Shown here one piece after another: positions 1-9,477 of a DNA stretch of 64,000 nt. The position numbers and the translations under genes are program-made. The first letter of the stretch is position 1, and every line of letters starts with the position of its first letter. The notes below the pieces were generated by a model, which searched no databases, was not told the DNA's origin, and saw nothing but the letters and a program-made list of their open reading frames with translations. Origin of the DNA: a bacterium. Lineage in GTDB: Bacteria > Bacteroidota > Ignavibacteria > Ignavibacteriales > Ignavibacteriaceae. The DNA lies in the NCBI GenBank assembly GCA_016716565.1, contig JADJWC010000002.1, forward strand, positions 109,858 through 173,857. The letters run 5' to 3'.

Positions 1-1
1 T

Positions 2-148
2 GAAAAAGGAGAACTCGAAAAATATTTAGTCGAAGATTATCCGCCTATAGTTATAAAAGGCATTAGATTGTTTGGCTGGACAGCTCTTATAATTGGTTTT
101 AGTATTGTCATCTGGATAATCTATGCAATGATTTTTGCGTACAGATAA
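2..148 (+). CDS. C-terminal fragment of a membrane protein (window edge), ...LFGWTALIIGFSIVIWIIYAMIFAYR*
   Basis: Open frame 2 runs to the TAA at 146-148. The hydrophobic C-terminus suggests a TM helix. No homolog recognised. Confidence 0.3.
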   Translation, partial: EKGELEKYLVEDYPPIVIKGIRLFGWTALIIGFSIVIWIIYAMIFAYR

Positions 149-189
149 TTTCACCTTCAACAATTTAATAATTATCTTTTAACAGCTTT

Positions 190-1728
190 ATGAGAAAATT
201 ATTTCCGCCTATAGTATATAATCCTGTAACTCTTGTCGGAGCAGCCATTGCCGCTGTTAGCTTTGGGCTAATAATTTTTCTGTTCATACTGGAATTTTTC
301 AGCGGTGAATCCAATCCCTACCTTGGTATAATAACCTTTATTGTGCTACCTTCTATCCTGATTATTGGCTTGCTTCTGATCGCTTATGGGATATTCAGGG
401 AGAGAAGAAGAATTAAAAGAGGTATCGAACGAAGCGGAAAGTTCATTGTGATTGATCTTAACGATATTAAGCAAAGAAGAGTTGTTGCCACTTTCACCAT
501 TGGAACCTTACTACTACTATTATTTTCAGCTTTTGGTAGTTACAAAGCATTTGAATATTCTGAATCGGATGAATTCTGTGGAAAGATTTGTCATGAAGTA
601 ATGGAACCTGAATATACTGCATACCTCTCTTCTCCACACGCCAGAGTTGGTTGTGTTGGATGTCATATTGGTTCAGGTGCAAACTGGTTTGTGAAGTCAA
701 AAATCTCCGGTGCATACCAGGTTTATTCAGTTCTCTTTAATAAATACTCAAAACCGATTCCAACTCCTGTAAAAGAACTTAGACCAGCAGAAGGAACCTG
801 TGAACAATGTCATTCACCAGGTCATTTTTTCTCCGAGATAAAGTATAAGTCTGATTATTTTTTGTATGATGAAGCAAATACGAAATCAACAATTGCAATG
901 CTTTTGAAAATTGGCGGTGGCAATTCAGAACTTGGAAGAGCCGAAGGTATTCACTGGCATATGAATATTTCAAATAGGATTGAATACATTCATCTTGACG
1001 AAAAGCGCAACACAATTCCCTGGGTAAAACAAATTAAGAGCAACGGTGAAGAAATAATTTATAAGAGTACCGAAATCGAATTCAACGAGAAAGAAGTGCC
1101 GGAAGAAAATCACAGGGTTATGGATTGCATAGATTGTCACAACAGACCTTCTCACATTTTCAATCCTGCAGATAAATCTGTAAACCTTTCATTGTCACTT
1201 GATCGAATTGATAAATCACTCCCATACATAAAGAGTATTGCAGTTGATGTTCTGGAAACAGGATATTCCTCAAAAGAAATTGCTCTTGACAGTATTAAAA
1301 TTTTTATCACCGATTTTTACAGATTTAACTATCCTGATATTTTTAAAGAAAAATCATTTGAGATTGAACAAAGCATTAAAGAAGTTCAAAAAATTTATAA
1401 CAGAAATTACTTTCCGCAGATGAATGTTGGCTGGCGTGCATTTCCAAATCACATTTCACATTTGTACGATACCGGTTGCTTTCGTTGCCATGATAATAAG
1501 CACGTTAGTGAGGATGGGAAAGTTATCCGCAAAGATTGCAACATTTGTCATACAATTATCTCGCAGGTAACTCCTGATGGAAAAGAAAATGTATCGCTTA
1601 CAGGTATTGATTTCATTCATCCAGTACAAATAGAAGAATTCATTATTGAGCAGGAATGTGTAACCTGTCATGCTCGTGACCGCAAGCAGGATTATTACAA
1701 AAACTATCAGAAGATCACTTCTAAGTAA
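190..1728 (+). CDS. membrane-anchored multiheme cytochrome c (NapC/NrfH-like N-terminus, ~7 heme-binding motifs)
   Basis: N-terminal TM helix. Motifs CGKICH (CX3CH), CVGCH, CEQCH, CIDCH, CFRCH, CNICH, CVTCH. Confidence 0.75.
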   Translation: MRKLFPPIVYNPVTLVGAAIAAVSFGLIIFLFILEFFSGESNPYLGIITFIVLPSILIIGLLLIAYGIFRERRRIKRGIERSGKFIVIDLNDIKQRRVVATFTIGTLLLLLFSAFGSYKAFEYSESDEFCGKICHEVMEPEYTAYLSSPHARVGCVGCHIGSGANWFVKSKISGAYQVYSVLFNKYSKPIPTPVKELRPAEGTCEQCHSPGHFFSEIKYKSDYFLYDEANTKSTIAMLLKIGGGNSELGRAEGIHWHMNISNRIEYIHLDEKRNTIPWVKQIKSNGEEIIYKSTEIEFNEKEVPEENHRVMDCIDCHNRPSHIFNPADKSVNLSLSLDRIDKSLPYIKSIAVDVLETGYSSKEIALDSIKIFITDFYRFNYPDIFKEKSFEIEQSIKEVQKIYNRNYFPQMNVGWRAFPNHISHLYDTGCFRCHDNKHVSEDGKVIRKDCNICHTIISQVTPDGKENVSLTGIDFIHPVQIEEFIIEQECVTCHARDRKQDYYKNYQKITSK

Positions 1729-1915
1729 TTTTCTACAGACGTGATAATTGACGTTGAGAAACAGACTAATACTATTTTAAATAGTTAAAGTTCCCGTCAG
1801 CAATAAGTAGAAAAATTTACCCTCCGTTGGAATTCTAAAGTCGGGAACTTTCTTCACATCATTTCAGTGAAAAAGCCTGTTAAATAAACTTCATCAACAC
1901 ATTCGGAGAACTGAA

Positions 1916-3040
1916 ATGAAACAATCAATTATTTTTCTGGCTAGTTTTCTTACTTTCCTGATCATTTTAGGAGACTCAACTTACTCCAGTCAAAAGCCAA
2001 CTACGAACACAGTTCAACTTGCTATCCTGCTCGACACAAGCAACAGTATGGATGGCTTAATTGACCAGGCTAAAACCCAATTGTGGAAAATTGTCAATGA
2101 AATGGCGCGCTCAAAGCGCGAAAGTATAGCCATTAGTTTGTATGTCGCATTGTATGAATATGGTAATGATGGACTTTCACCGACAGAAGGATTTGTCAGA
2201 CTGATAACTCCACTGACGAACGATCTTGATAAAATCTCTGAGGAATTGTTCAAGCTTAAAACAAATGGCGGAAGCGAATATTGCGGAACTGTAATATCAG
2301 AAGCAATAAAAGATCTTAAATGGACAAAAAGTTCAGATGACTACAAAGTTATTTTCATTGCAGGTAACGAACCTTTCAACCAGGGAGAAAAGGATTACAA
2401 AGAAGCATGCAAGTCTGCAATCAGCAAAGGAATCATTGTTAACACAATTTATTGCGGCAGTTATGATGAAGGATTGAATTCCTTCTGGAAAGATGGCGCC
2501 GATCTCGCTGATGGGAAATATATCAATATCGATAGTGATCAGCAGATTGTTCACATTGAAACTCCTTTCGATGATGAACTCGTTCAGCTTGGTCAAAAAA
2601 TAAATGAGACTTATATCGCATTTGGTTATGAAGGAAACGAATTAAAACTGAGACAAAAAGAACAGGACGAGAATGCAACTAACCTTGCACCATCAGTGAT
2701 GGTGGAAAGGTCGGTGACAAAAGGCAGCGGACAGTACAATAATTCAACCTGGGATTTGGTAGATGCTAAAAAAGATGGCTCACTTGATTTAGCTAAAATC
2801 CCGAAAGATCAATTACCAAAAGAAATGCAGAATATGACTTTAGATGAAAAGAAAAAGTATGTTGACAAAAAAGAAAAGAGCGTGAAAAAAATTCAAACTG
2901 AAATAAATAAGCTGGATCAGCAACGAAGGGATTACATAGCAAAAAAGGTTGCTGAAAATAAGCAAGAAAATACTCTTGATGCTGCAATGCTTAATATCAT
3001 TCGTGACCAGGCTTCAAAGAAAAATTATAAGTTCGAATAA
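1916..3040 (+). CDS. secreted von Willebrand factor A (vWA) domain protein with Lys-rich coiled-coil C-terminus
   Basis: Signal peptide. MIDAS-like motif LLDTSNSM. C-terminal KK/E-rich segment. Confidence 0.65.
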   Translation: MKQSIIFLASFLTFLIILGDSTYSSQKPTTNTVQLAILLDTSNSMDGLIDQAKTQLWKIVNEMARSKRESIAISLYVALYEYGNDGLSPTEGFVRLITPLTNDLDKISEELFKLKTNGGSEYCGTVISEAIKDLKWTKSSDDYKVIFIAGNEPFNQGEKDYKEACKSAISKGIIVNTIYCGSYDEGLNSFWKDGADLADGKYINIDSDQQIVHIETPFDDELVQLGQKINETYIAFGYEGNELKLRQKEQDENATNLAPSVMVERSVTKGSGQYNNSTWDLVDAKKDGSLDLAKIPKDQLPKEMQNMTLDEKKKYVDKKEKSVKKIQTEINKLDQQRRDYIAKKVAENKQENTLDAAMLNIIRDQASKKNYKFE

Positions 3041-3083
3041 AAGGACACGGCTGTTACGGACGATTCCGTGACAGCATTTCGTA

Positions 3084-3152
3084 TGTCATTCCCGCGAAAG
3101 CGGGAATCCACTTATTATAAAATAGATTCCGCATCAAGTGCGGAATGACATT
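3084..3152. repeat. small palindromic intergenic element (TGTCATTCC...GGAATGACA) with two internal hairpins
   Basis: gtcattcccgcgaaagcgggaatcc ... attccgcatcaagtgcggaatgacattc. The termini TGTCAT/ATGACA are shared with the elements at 5384 and 6003. Confidence 0.4.
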
Positions 3153-3172
3153 CAAAGAAATTTGAGACTAAA

Positions 3173-5377
3173 ATGAAAGTACAAAAATATTTTTACGTTA
3201 CGAGTTTTCTAATCCTTTTAATCAGTAACTCACTCTTCGCAGATGGCTTAATCATCATTCCTCGGCCTGAGCCTTTGCCTACGCCTTATCCTTTGGAAGT
3301 TCTCTACCACCATGTTGATGTTAAAATAAACGGGAATGTAGCTGAAACTTATATCGACCAGGAATTCCACAATCCATCTGATGTAATGCTCGAAGGGTAC
3401 TACATTTTTCCGATTCCAAAAAATGCTGTAATTAAAGATTTCAGTATGGAAATAAACGGCAAAATGGTTTCAGCTGAACTACTCGATGCAAATAAAGCAC
3501 GACAAATCTATGAAGACATAGTCAGGCAAATAAAAGATCCTGCACTTCTCGAATACTCTGGACAAGGAATTTTTAAAGTAAGGATTTTTCCGATAGAACC
3601 GAGAAGCAATAAAAAAGTCAGCATTAGTTACCGGGAAGTTTTAGATTCCGATAATGATATTTATGAATACATCTATCCGCTAAACACAGAAAAATTTTCA
3701 GCAAAACCAGTGAGGAATGTTTCAGTAAAAGTCGATTTGAAAACGAATAACAAAATAAAAACCATCTATTCCCCTACTCACCCCATTGATGTTGTTCATA
3801 AAGACGCCAAACATGCAATCGTTTCATTCGAAGAAGAAAATACAAAACCGGATATCGATTTTAAATTTTATTTCAGCACGAACAATGATGAGATTGGAAT
3901 TTCTCAACTTACTTATAAATCAACTGATGAAGACGGCTACTTTTTCCTGACAGCTTCACCATCATTTAATATTGATGAGACTAAAATAGATGCAAAAGAT
4001 ATAACATTTGTTCTGGATGTGTCAGGAAGCATGGTCGGTGACAAAATGAAGCAGGCAAAACAAGCTCTTCTTTATTGTGTAAATAATTTAAATAAAGGTG
4101 ATGGTTTTAATATTATCAGATTTTCAACTGAAGCATATTCTCTATTTGGTAAGATCGAAACAGCAAGTGAATCCAATATCAAAAAAGCAGAAAAGTTTAT
4201 TGAAGAATTGAATACAGTCGGAGGAACGAATATCGAAGAAGCTCTTGGTCTTGCTTTAAAAGAAAAACCAGCAAATAACCGAACTCACCTGATAGTTTTT
4301 ATCACGGACGGCAAGCCGACTATTGGCGAAACAAATGATGATATGCTGATAAAGAAACTAGCTGACTCAAATATCAAAAACACTCGCATCTTTACATTTG
4401 GAATCGGGAATGATCTTAACACTCACCTGCTTGATAAAATTACTGAAAAAACAAAAGCCTATCGAACTTATATTTCAGAAGATGAAGACATTGAGATAAA
4501 AATTTCTAGCTTCTATGATAAAGTACAATCGCCTGTCCTCACAAATCTTTCTCTGTCATTCAGCGGAAACGTAAAAATGTTTCAGACATATCCGAAGGAT
4601 TTGCCTGATTTGTTCAAAGGTTCAAGCATACTTGTATTTGGGCGATACTCTGGTGATGGAGATTCAAAAATAACTTTGACAGGCTCGATAAAGGGTGAAA
4701 GGAGATCTTTCATATTAAACACTAATTTTTCTGATGATAATGACGAGTATGATTTCATCCCTCCTTTGTGGGCTTCAAGGAGAATTGGTTATCTGCTTGA
4801 TCAAATTCGACTTAATGGAGAAAACAAAGAATTAGTTGATGAAATAACTCACCTTGCAAGAGAGCACGGTATTGTTACTCCTTACACAAGTTATTTGATA
4901 ATGGAAGATGAGGAAATCAGGATCAGAAGAAATGAATTAACTAATCATTTCCAGACACTTCCTCCTGCTCCTGAGTTAAGAAGAAATACTTCAGAAGACT
5001 TTGATGCAATGAAAATTGAATCCGGTGCATACAGCATCAGAGCCAGTGAAGAAGTCCAGGAATTAAACAAGGCAAGTAATTACGCTGAGACAAAACAAGG
5101 ATCCGGAAGATTGAAGTACAAAGATGACTCTGGTTATGATAGAAACTTAGTCCAACAGGTAAGAAACATCCAGGGAAGAGCCATTTATCAAAGTGGAAAG
5201 TTTTGGGTTGATTCAGAATTACAAAATCAAAAAGCTAAAAATCAGAAACGAATTCAATTCAATTCAACTGAATACTTCAAGCTGCTGAAAGACAAGCCTG
5301 CGACTTCTCAATTCCTCGCACTTGGACAAAATGTTAGGTTTTATTATGACAATACTTTTTATGAGATATATGAGTGA
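3173..5377 (+). CDS. VIT domain + vWA domain protein (inter-alpha-trypsin-inhibitor-like / BatB-like)
   Basis: Signal peptide. N-terminal VIT-like region. vWA MIDAS motif FVLDVSGSM. Length 734 aa. Confidence 0.7.
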   Translation: MKVQKYFYVTSFLILLISNSLFADGLIIIPRPEPLPTPYPLEVLYHHVDVKINGNVAETYIDQEFHNPSDVMLEGYYIFPIPKNAVIKDFSMEINGKMVSAELLDANKARQIYEDIVRQIKDPALLEYSGQGIFKVRIFPIEPRSNKKVSISYREVLDSDNDIYEYIYPLNTEKFSAKPVRNVSVKVDLKTNNKIKTIYSPTHPIDVVHKDAKHAIVSFEEENTKPDIDFKFYFSTNNDEIGISQLTYKSTDEDGYFFLTASPSFNIDETKIDAKDITFVLDVSGSMVGDKMKQAKQALLYCVNNLNKGDGFNIIRFSTEAYSLFGKIETASESNIKKAEKFIEELNTVGGTNIEEALGLALKEKPANNRTHLIVFITDGKPTIGETNDDMLIKKLADSNIKNTRIFTFGIGNDLNTHLLDKITEKTKAYRTYISEDEDIEIKISSFYDKVQSPVLTNLSLSFSGNVKMFQTYPKDLPDLFKGSSILVFGRYSGDGDSKITLTGSIKGERRSFILNTNFSDDNDEYDFIPPLWASRRIGYLLDQIRLNGENKELVDEITHLAREHGIVTPYTSYLIMEDEEIRIRRNELTNHFQTLPPAPELRRNTSEDFDAMKIESGAYSIRASEEVQELNKASNYAETKQGSGRLKYKDDSGYDRNLVQQVRNIQGRAIYQSGKFWVDSELQNQKAKNQKRIQFNSTEYFKLLKDKPATSQFLALGQNVRFYYDNTFYEIYE

Positions 5378-5383
5378 ATACAC

Positions 5384-5458
5384 CTGTCATCACGAACGAA
5401 GCGAAGTTATCTAAAAGAGATTGCTTCTCCTGACTAAAGTCAGGATCGCAATGACATA
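5384..5458. repeat. TGTCAT...ATGACA palindromic repeat element, copy 1
   Basis: tgtcatcacgaacgaagcgaagttatct...agagattgcttc...cgcaatgaca. The same arms occur at 6003-6071. Confidence 0.5.
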
Positions 5459-5511
5459 GTAAGAATCACTCTCCTCTTTTCATTATATTTACCAAAAAAA
5501 ATTATATAATC

Positions 5512-5991
5512 ATGCCTGACATATCTTCCATCGTTCAAATAATACAATTAATGCTTGCACCGGGAATCATGATTTCTGCCTGCGGTTTGCTTCTTCTAGG
5601 AATGAATAACAAATACTCCCTGGTAGTAAATAGAATTCGTACTCTCAATGAAGAGAGACGAAGAGCCCTGCACAAAATGGGTGAAAAGGAATTTACTTTA
5701 CAGGAGAATGTAAGGTTTGAAAGTATCACAAAGCAACTTGAGAGACTTACATACAGAGTTGGACTTGTTCGAAATGCTGTACTGTCCTACACAATTGCAG
5801 TTGCTCTGTTTGTACTTACTTCACTTCTTATCGGAGTTGGATATCTTTTTGATATGACAAGGCTGAACAGCTTTATTACAGTTTTATTTCTATTAGGAAT
5901 GACATCCGTTTTAGCTGGAGTTCTCTTCGCTGCTTACGAAACATACAAAGGTTACGAAATCGTAAAGTACGAAGTTGAGAGTGATGAATGA
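5512..5991 (+). CDS. small integral membrane protein (possibly DUF2721 family)
   Basis: Two or three TM helices. The motif ISACGLLLLGMNNKYSLVVNRIRTL was recalled from memory and is uncertain. Confidence 0.4.
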   Translation: MPDISSIVQIIQLMLAPGIMISACGLLLLGMNNKYSLVVNRIRTLNEERRRALHKMGEKEFTLQENVRFESITKQLERLTYRVGLVRNAVLSYTIAVALFVLTSLLIGVGYLFDMTRLNSFITVLFLLGMTSVLAGVLFAAYETYKGYEIVKYEVESDE

Positions 5992-6002
5992 CTTTTCAAT
6001 GT

Positions 6003-6071
6003 CATCACGAGCGAAGCGAAGTGATCTCAAGCTTAAAGAGAGATTGCTTCACTTCGTTCGCAATGACAAAA
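6003..6071. repeat. TGTCAT...ATGACA palindromic repeat element, copy 2 (imperfect ~70-bp inverted repeat)
   Basis: tgtcatcacgagcgaagcgaagtgatctc / gagagattgcttcacttcgttcgcaatgaca. It overlaps a 73-aa ORF (5975-6196) that is spurious. Confidence 0.5.
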
Positions 6072-6081
6072 AAATGCTAAC

Positions 6082-9000
6082 TCACTTTTTCGATTCATCC
6101 GGAGCTGGTGGTACAACGATCTTCTTCCTCGGATTGTTTTTCAACTCTTCCAGTAAGACTTCCACCGCTTTTTCAAGTGAAGGATCTCTTCCCTGAACAA
6201 CCAGGTCAGCACGGTCATCGATTTCTATATCAGGATAAACACCTTCATTTTCAATAGCCCAGTTGCCATTAGTATCTAAAAATCTAAAAACAGGAATATT
6301 AATGTTGCCGCCATCCATCAAATTAGGATTTCCGGAAATTCCGATAAGTCCTCCCCAGGTTCTGGTACCGATTATTTTTCCCAATCCTTCTTTTCTGAAA
6401 TAATACGGAAATGCATCACCGCCGGAACTTGAATAACCATTTATGAGGCAAGCTTTTGGTCCGTCATGAACAAATCCCGGAACAGGAATTGGTTCAGTCC
6501 CGCGTCGTGTCCAATAGTTTAAAGTCTTTCTTGAAACTAATTCAATCATTCTATCCGGCACGAATCCTCCGCCGTTGTAACGGTCGTCTATAATTAAAGC
6601 TTCTTTGTTTGTCTGAGGATAAAAATATTTGAAGAGTTCTCTGTTCCCTTCTGTTGCGGTGTTTGGAATGTGAATGTATCCAATTTTTCCGCCTGATAAT
6701 TCATCAACCATTTTCATGCGTGAATTTACCCAATCAAGATAAAACAGGTTTTGTTCGCTCTTGACCGGTTTTACTTTTTCTTCTCTTGCACCTTCTTTCG
6801 ATGGTTTAGAATTAACAAGAAGTGTTACAACTTTATCTGCTTTGTTTTCAAGATATTTGTACGGATTTATGTCAGCAGACAACTCGTGACCATCGATAGC
6901 AATTATAAAATCTCCTTCTTTTACACTAACTCCATACTCTGTTAACGGTGATCGAAAATCTGAATGCCAGTTTTCACCTTTGAATATTTTTGTGATCTTA
7001 TAGAAACCTGATGGATCAGCTTCAAGTTCGCAGCCAAGTAATCCACCATCTATTCTTTTAACTCTTTCAAAATCTCCCCAATCAACATAAGTGTGCCCCG
7101 CACTCAACTCACCAACCAGTTCGCCAAAAATGTAATCAAGATCCATTCTGTGAGAAAGATATGGAACAAGCTGTCCATATTTCTCCCGCATTTTGTCCCA
7201 ATCATTACCATGCATTTTTTCATCATAGAACCAGTCACGCAATAAACGCCAACCGTCAACATATATCTGTTTCCATTCTTCTTTTGGGAAAATTTTTATT
7301 TCCAGATTACTAAGATCTATTCTGCCATCCGTATTCTTCTGGTTTTCTTTAACGTCAACAATTCCATATTCACCAGCTTTGGCATACAATAATTTTTTAC
7401 TATTGGATGAAACAACATAGTTACCAATATCTTCAAGCACTGTTACTTCTTTTTCATCTTCCTGGTTAAAGAATTTTAATTTTGAACCTGAGTCATCGCG
7501 ATAGATATAGAGAACTCCTTTTTCTGCCTGATGAAGCGAACCATAATTTCCTGATTTTCCGGGAAGGACTGCAATTCGATTTTCAAAATTTTCAGGATCG
7601 ATTTTTACAACTACTTTTCCGGTATCTTTTTTATTATTCTGTTCACCATTTGTTTTTTCATCATCACTTTTTGGCTGGAATAATGCCGGGACATCATTAT
7701 TCAGAGCAGCAGAATAAACTCGTGTCGGATTCGTATAAACATAATTGAATTCCCAGTTGCTGAATTTCAGATTAAAATCACGGTTTGAGAAGAAATACAG
7801 ATAATTTCCATCTCTGCTGAAAACAGGATTGAATTCATTTGTCAGATCGCTTGTAAGCTGCATAGTTTTTTTCTGGTCAATTGAATATACCCATATCGAA
7901 CTCATACGTGATTCACTTCCCTTTGTGTATGTCAGCCACTTACTGTCCGGTGACCATTGATAGTCTCTGATGTCATTATAATTGCTTTGATCAACTTCAG
8001 TAGTGCTTCCTGTATTTACATCGACATACCACAACTTCTGATTCTTATCTGAATATGCAAGCTTTTTGCTGTCAGGTGACCAAACAGGAGCAAATCGCCA
8101 GATAGTTCCGTCCTTTGTAATTTGTTTTTCTTCACCTTTGCCATCACTTGCTTTCATAAAAATTTCGTACTCGCCCTTACGGTCAGAAAGATATGCGATC
8201 CATTTTCCATCAGGAGACCATACAGGATCAATTTCTCTTATACCGGGAGTTTGCGTGATGTTTACTATCTCACCATTCTCTGCAGGAACAGTAAATACAT
8301 CTCCTCTTGCTTCAAGTAAGGCTCTTTTTCCGGTTGGAGAAATCTCAAACCAGTTTACCTGACCCTTTAAATTTTTTATATAAGGAACAGTTCCCGGAAA
8401 ATCCCCAAAAACCTTTATTTGGACTTGTTCATTTTTATTTGTTGATGGATCATATTTGTAAATATATCCCCCGTTTTCATAAACAATTTTATCATCGCCT
8501 GCACTTGGCCATAGAACATCGTAATTATCAAAATCGCTGACAGCAGAAGTTTGTTTTGAAGAAAGATCGTAAGAATAAAGATTAAGAGTACCAGTTCTGT
8601 CAGATGTAAAATAAATTTTTTCTCCAACCCACATCGGCTGATTATCAGTTCCAAGCCAGTCGGTGATTTTTTCTGTGGTATTATTTTTTAAGTCGTAAAT
8701 CCAAACATCCTGTGCACGACCGCCGCGGTATCTTTTCCAAGTTCGCCATTCTCTTTCAATCGGAGTGTAAACCATTTTTGTTCCATCAGGAGATAACATT
8801 CCTCCTCCGCCTTCAGGAATTTGTAATGGAGTTTCAAATCCACCATCAACCGGAACGAGAAAATATTTTCCCATTCTTTCACCCCAGGGAAGTCGGTTCC
8901 CACGAAAAAGAACATTCTTTCCATCCGGTGTCCAGTCGAGAACCTGGTAATCAAATCCACCGCGCGGCGGCATAACTCCAACATCATTGTAGTAAGTTAA

Positions 9001-9306
9001 CTGAGTCGGAGCTCCGCCTTCAACCGGAATAATGTGAACCTGCCGGTTCCCTGAATATTCACCAGAGAATGCAATCCACTTTCCATCAGAATAAAATTTT
9101 GGAAATATTTCAATTCCTTCGTGAGATGTTAACTGACTTGCAGTTCCACCGTTTGAATCTACAATCCAGATATCACCTGCATAAACAAAAGCAATTTTAT
9201 CTTTGCTGATATCAGGAAAACGAAGAAGACGGGTTAGTTCTTTATCTTGTGAAAAAATATTAATTGAGCAACTTAAAATGAGAAAAAATGAGAATACGAT
9301 TTTCAT
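6082..9306 (-). CDS. tricorn protease homolog (TolB-like beta-propellers + PDZ + S41 peptidase)
   Basis: Length 1074 aa. Signal peptide. Repeated WD40/TolB-like blades. C-terminal S41-type region (TRTWGGLIGISGNP). Confidence 0.8.
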   Translation of the reverse strand: MKIVFSFFLILSCSINIFSQDKELTRLLRFPDISKDKIAFVYAGDIWIVDSNGGTASQLTSHEGIEIFPKFYSDGKWIAFSGEYSGNRQVHIIPVEGGAPTQLTYYNDVGVMPPRGGFDYQVLDWTPDGKNVLFRGNRLPWGERMGKYFLVPVDGGFETPLQIPEGGGGMLSPDGTKMVYTPIEREWRTWKRYRGGRAQDVWIYDLKNNTTEKITDWLGTDNQPMWVGEKIYFTSDRTGTLNLYSYDLSSKQTSAVSDFDNYDVLWPSAGDDKIVYENGGYIYKYDPSTNKNEQVQIKVFGDFPGTVPYIKNLKGQVNWFEISPTGKRALLEARGDVFTVPAENGEIVNITQTPGIREIDPVWSPDGKWIAYLSDRKGEYEIFMKASDGKGEEKQITKDGTIWRFAPVWSPDSKKLAYSDKNQKLWYVDVNTGSTTEVDQSNYNDIRDYQWSPDSKWLTYTKGSESRMSSIWVYSIDQKKTMQLTSDLTNEFNPVFSRDGNYLYFFSNRDFNLKFSNWEFNYVYTNPTRVYSAALNNDVPALFQPKSDDEKTNGEQNNKKDTGKVVVKIDPENFENRIAVLPGKSGNYGSLHQAEKGVLYIYRDDSGSKLKFFNQEDEKEVTVLEDIGNYVVSSNSKKLLYAKAGEYGIVDVKENQKNTDGRIDLSNLEIKIFPKEEWKQIYVDGWRLLRDWFYDEKMHGNDWDKMREKYGQLVPYLSHRMDLDYIFGELVGELSAGHTYVDWGDFERVKRIDGGLLGCELEADPSGFYKITKIFKGENWHSDFRSPLTEYGVSVKEGDFIIAIDGHELSADINPYKYLENKADKVVTLLVNSKPSKEGAREEKVKPVKSEQNLFYLDWVNSRMKMVDELSGGKIGYIHIPNTATEGNRELFKYFYPQTNKEALIIDDRYNGGGFVPDRMIELVSRKTLNYWTRRGTEPIPVPGFVHDGPKACLINGYSSSGGDAFPYYFRKEGLGKIIGTRTWGGLIGISGNPNLMDGGNINIPVFRFLDTNGNWAIENEGVYPDIEIDDRADLVVQGRDPSLEKAVEVLLEELKNNPRKKIVVPPAPDESKK

Positions 9307-9477
9307 TTGGACTCCGGGAATCTGAAAGAGATTATATTTTTATTTTTGGTTGGTTCATTTGATTTTGCACATGCAATATAAGCCAATCATAGAATTTTTC
9401 TGATACCATTTATCATAAAAAAACCCCTGCTCTGAACTTGTGAGCAGGGGTGTAGGTGCGCTGTACATTTGGAAGGA

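Noticed and set aside
1916-5377. vWA proteins as candidate Ro60/Rsr partners of the rtc system
   Set aside because: Neither has a TROVE domain. Both have signal peptides (exported). They are 25 kb from the rtc genes.
5975-6196. 73-aa plus-strand ORF
   Set aside because: It overlaps the palindromic repeat at 6003-6071 and the 3' end of the tricorn protease gene on the opposite strand. It has a low-complexity product and no RBS.
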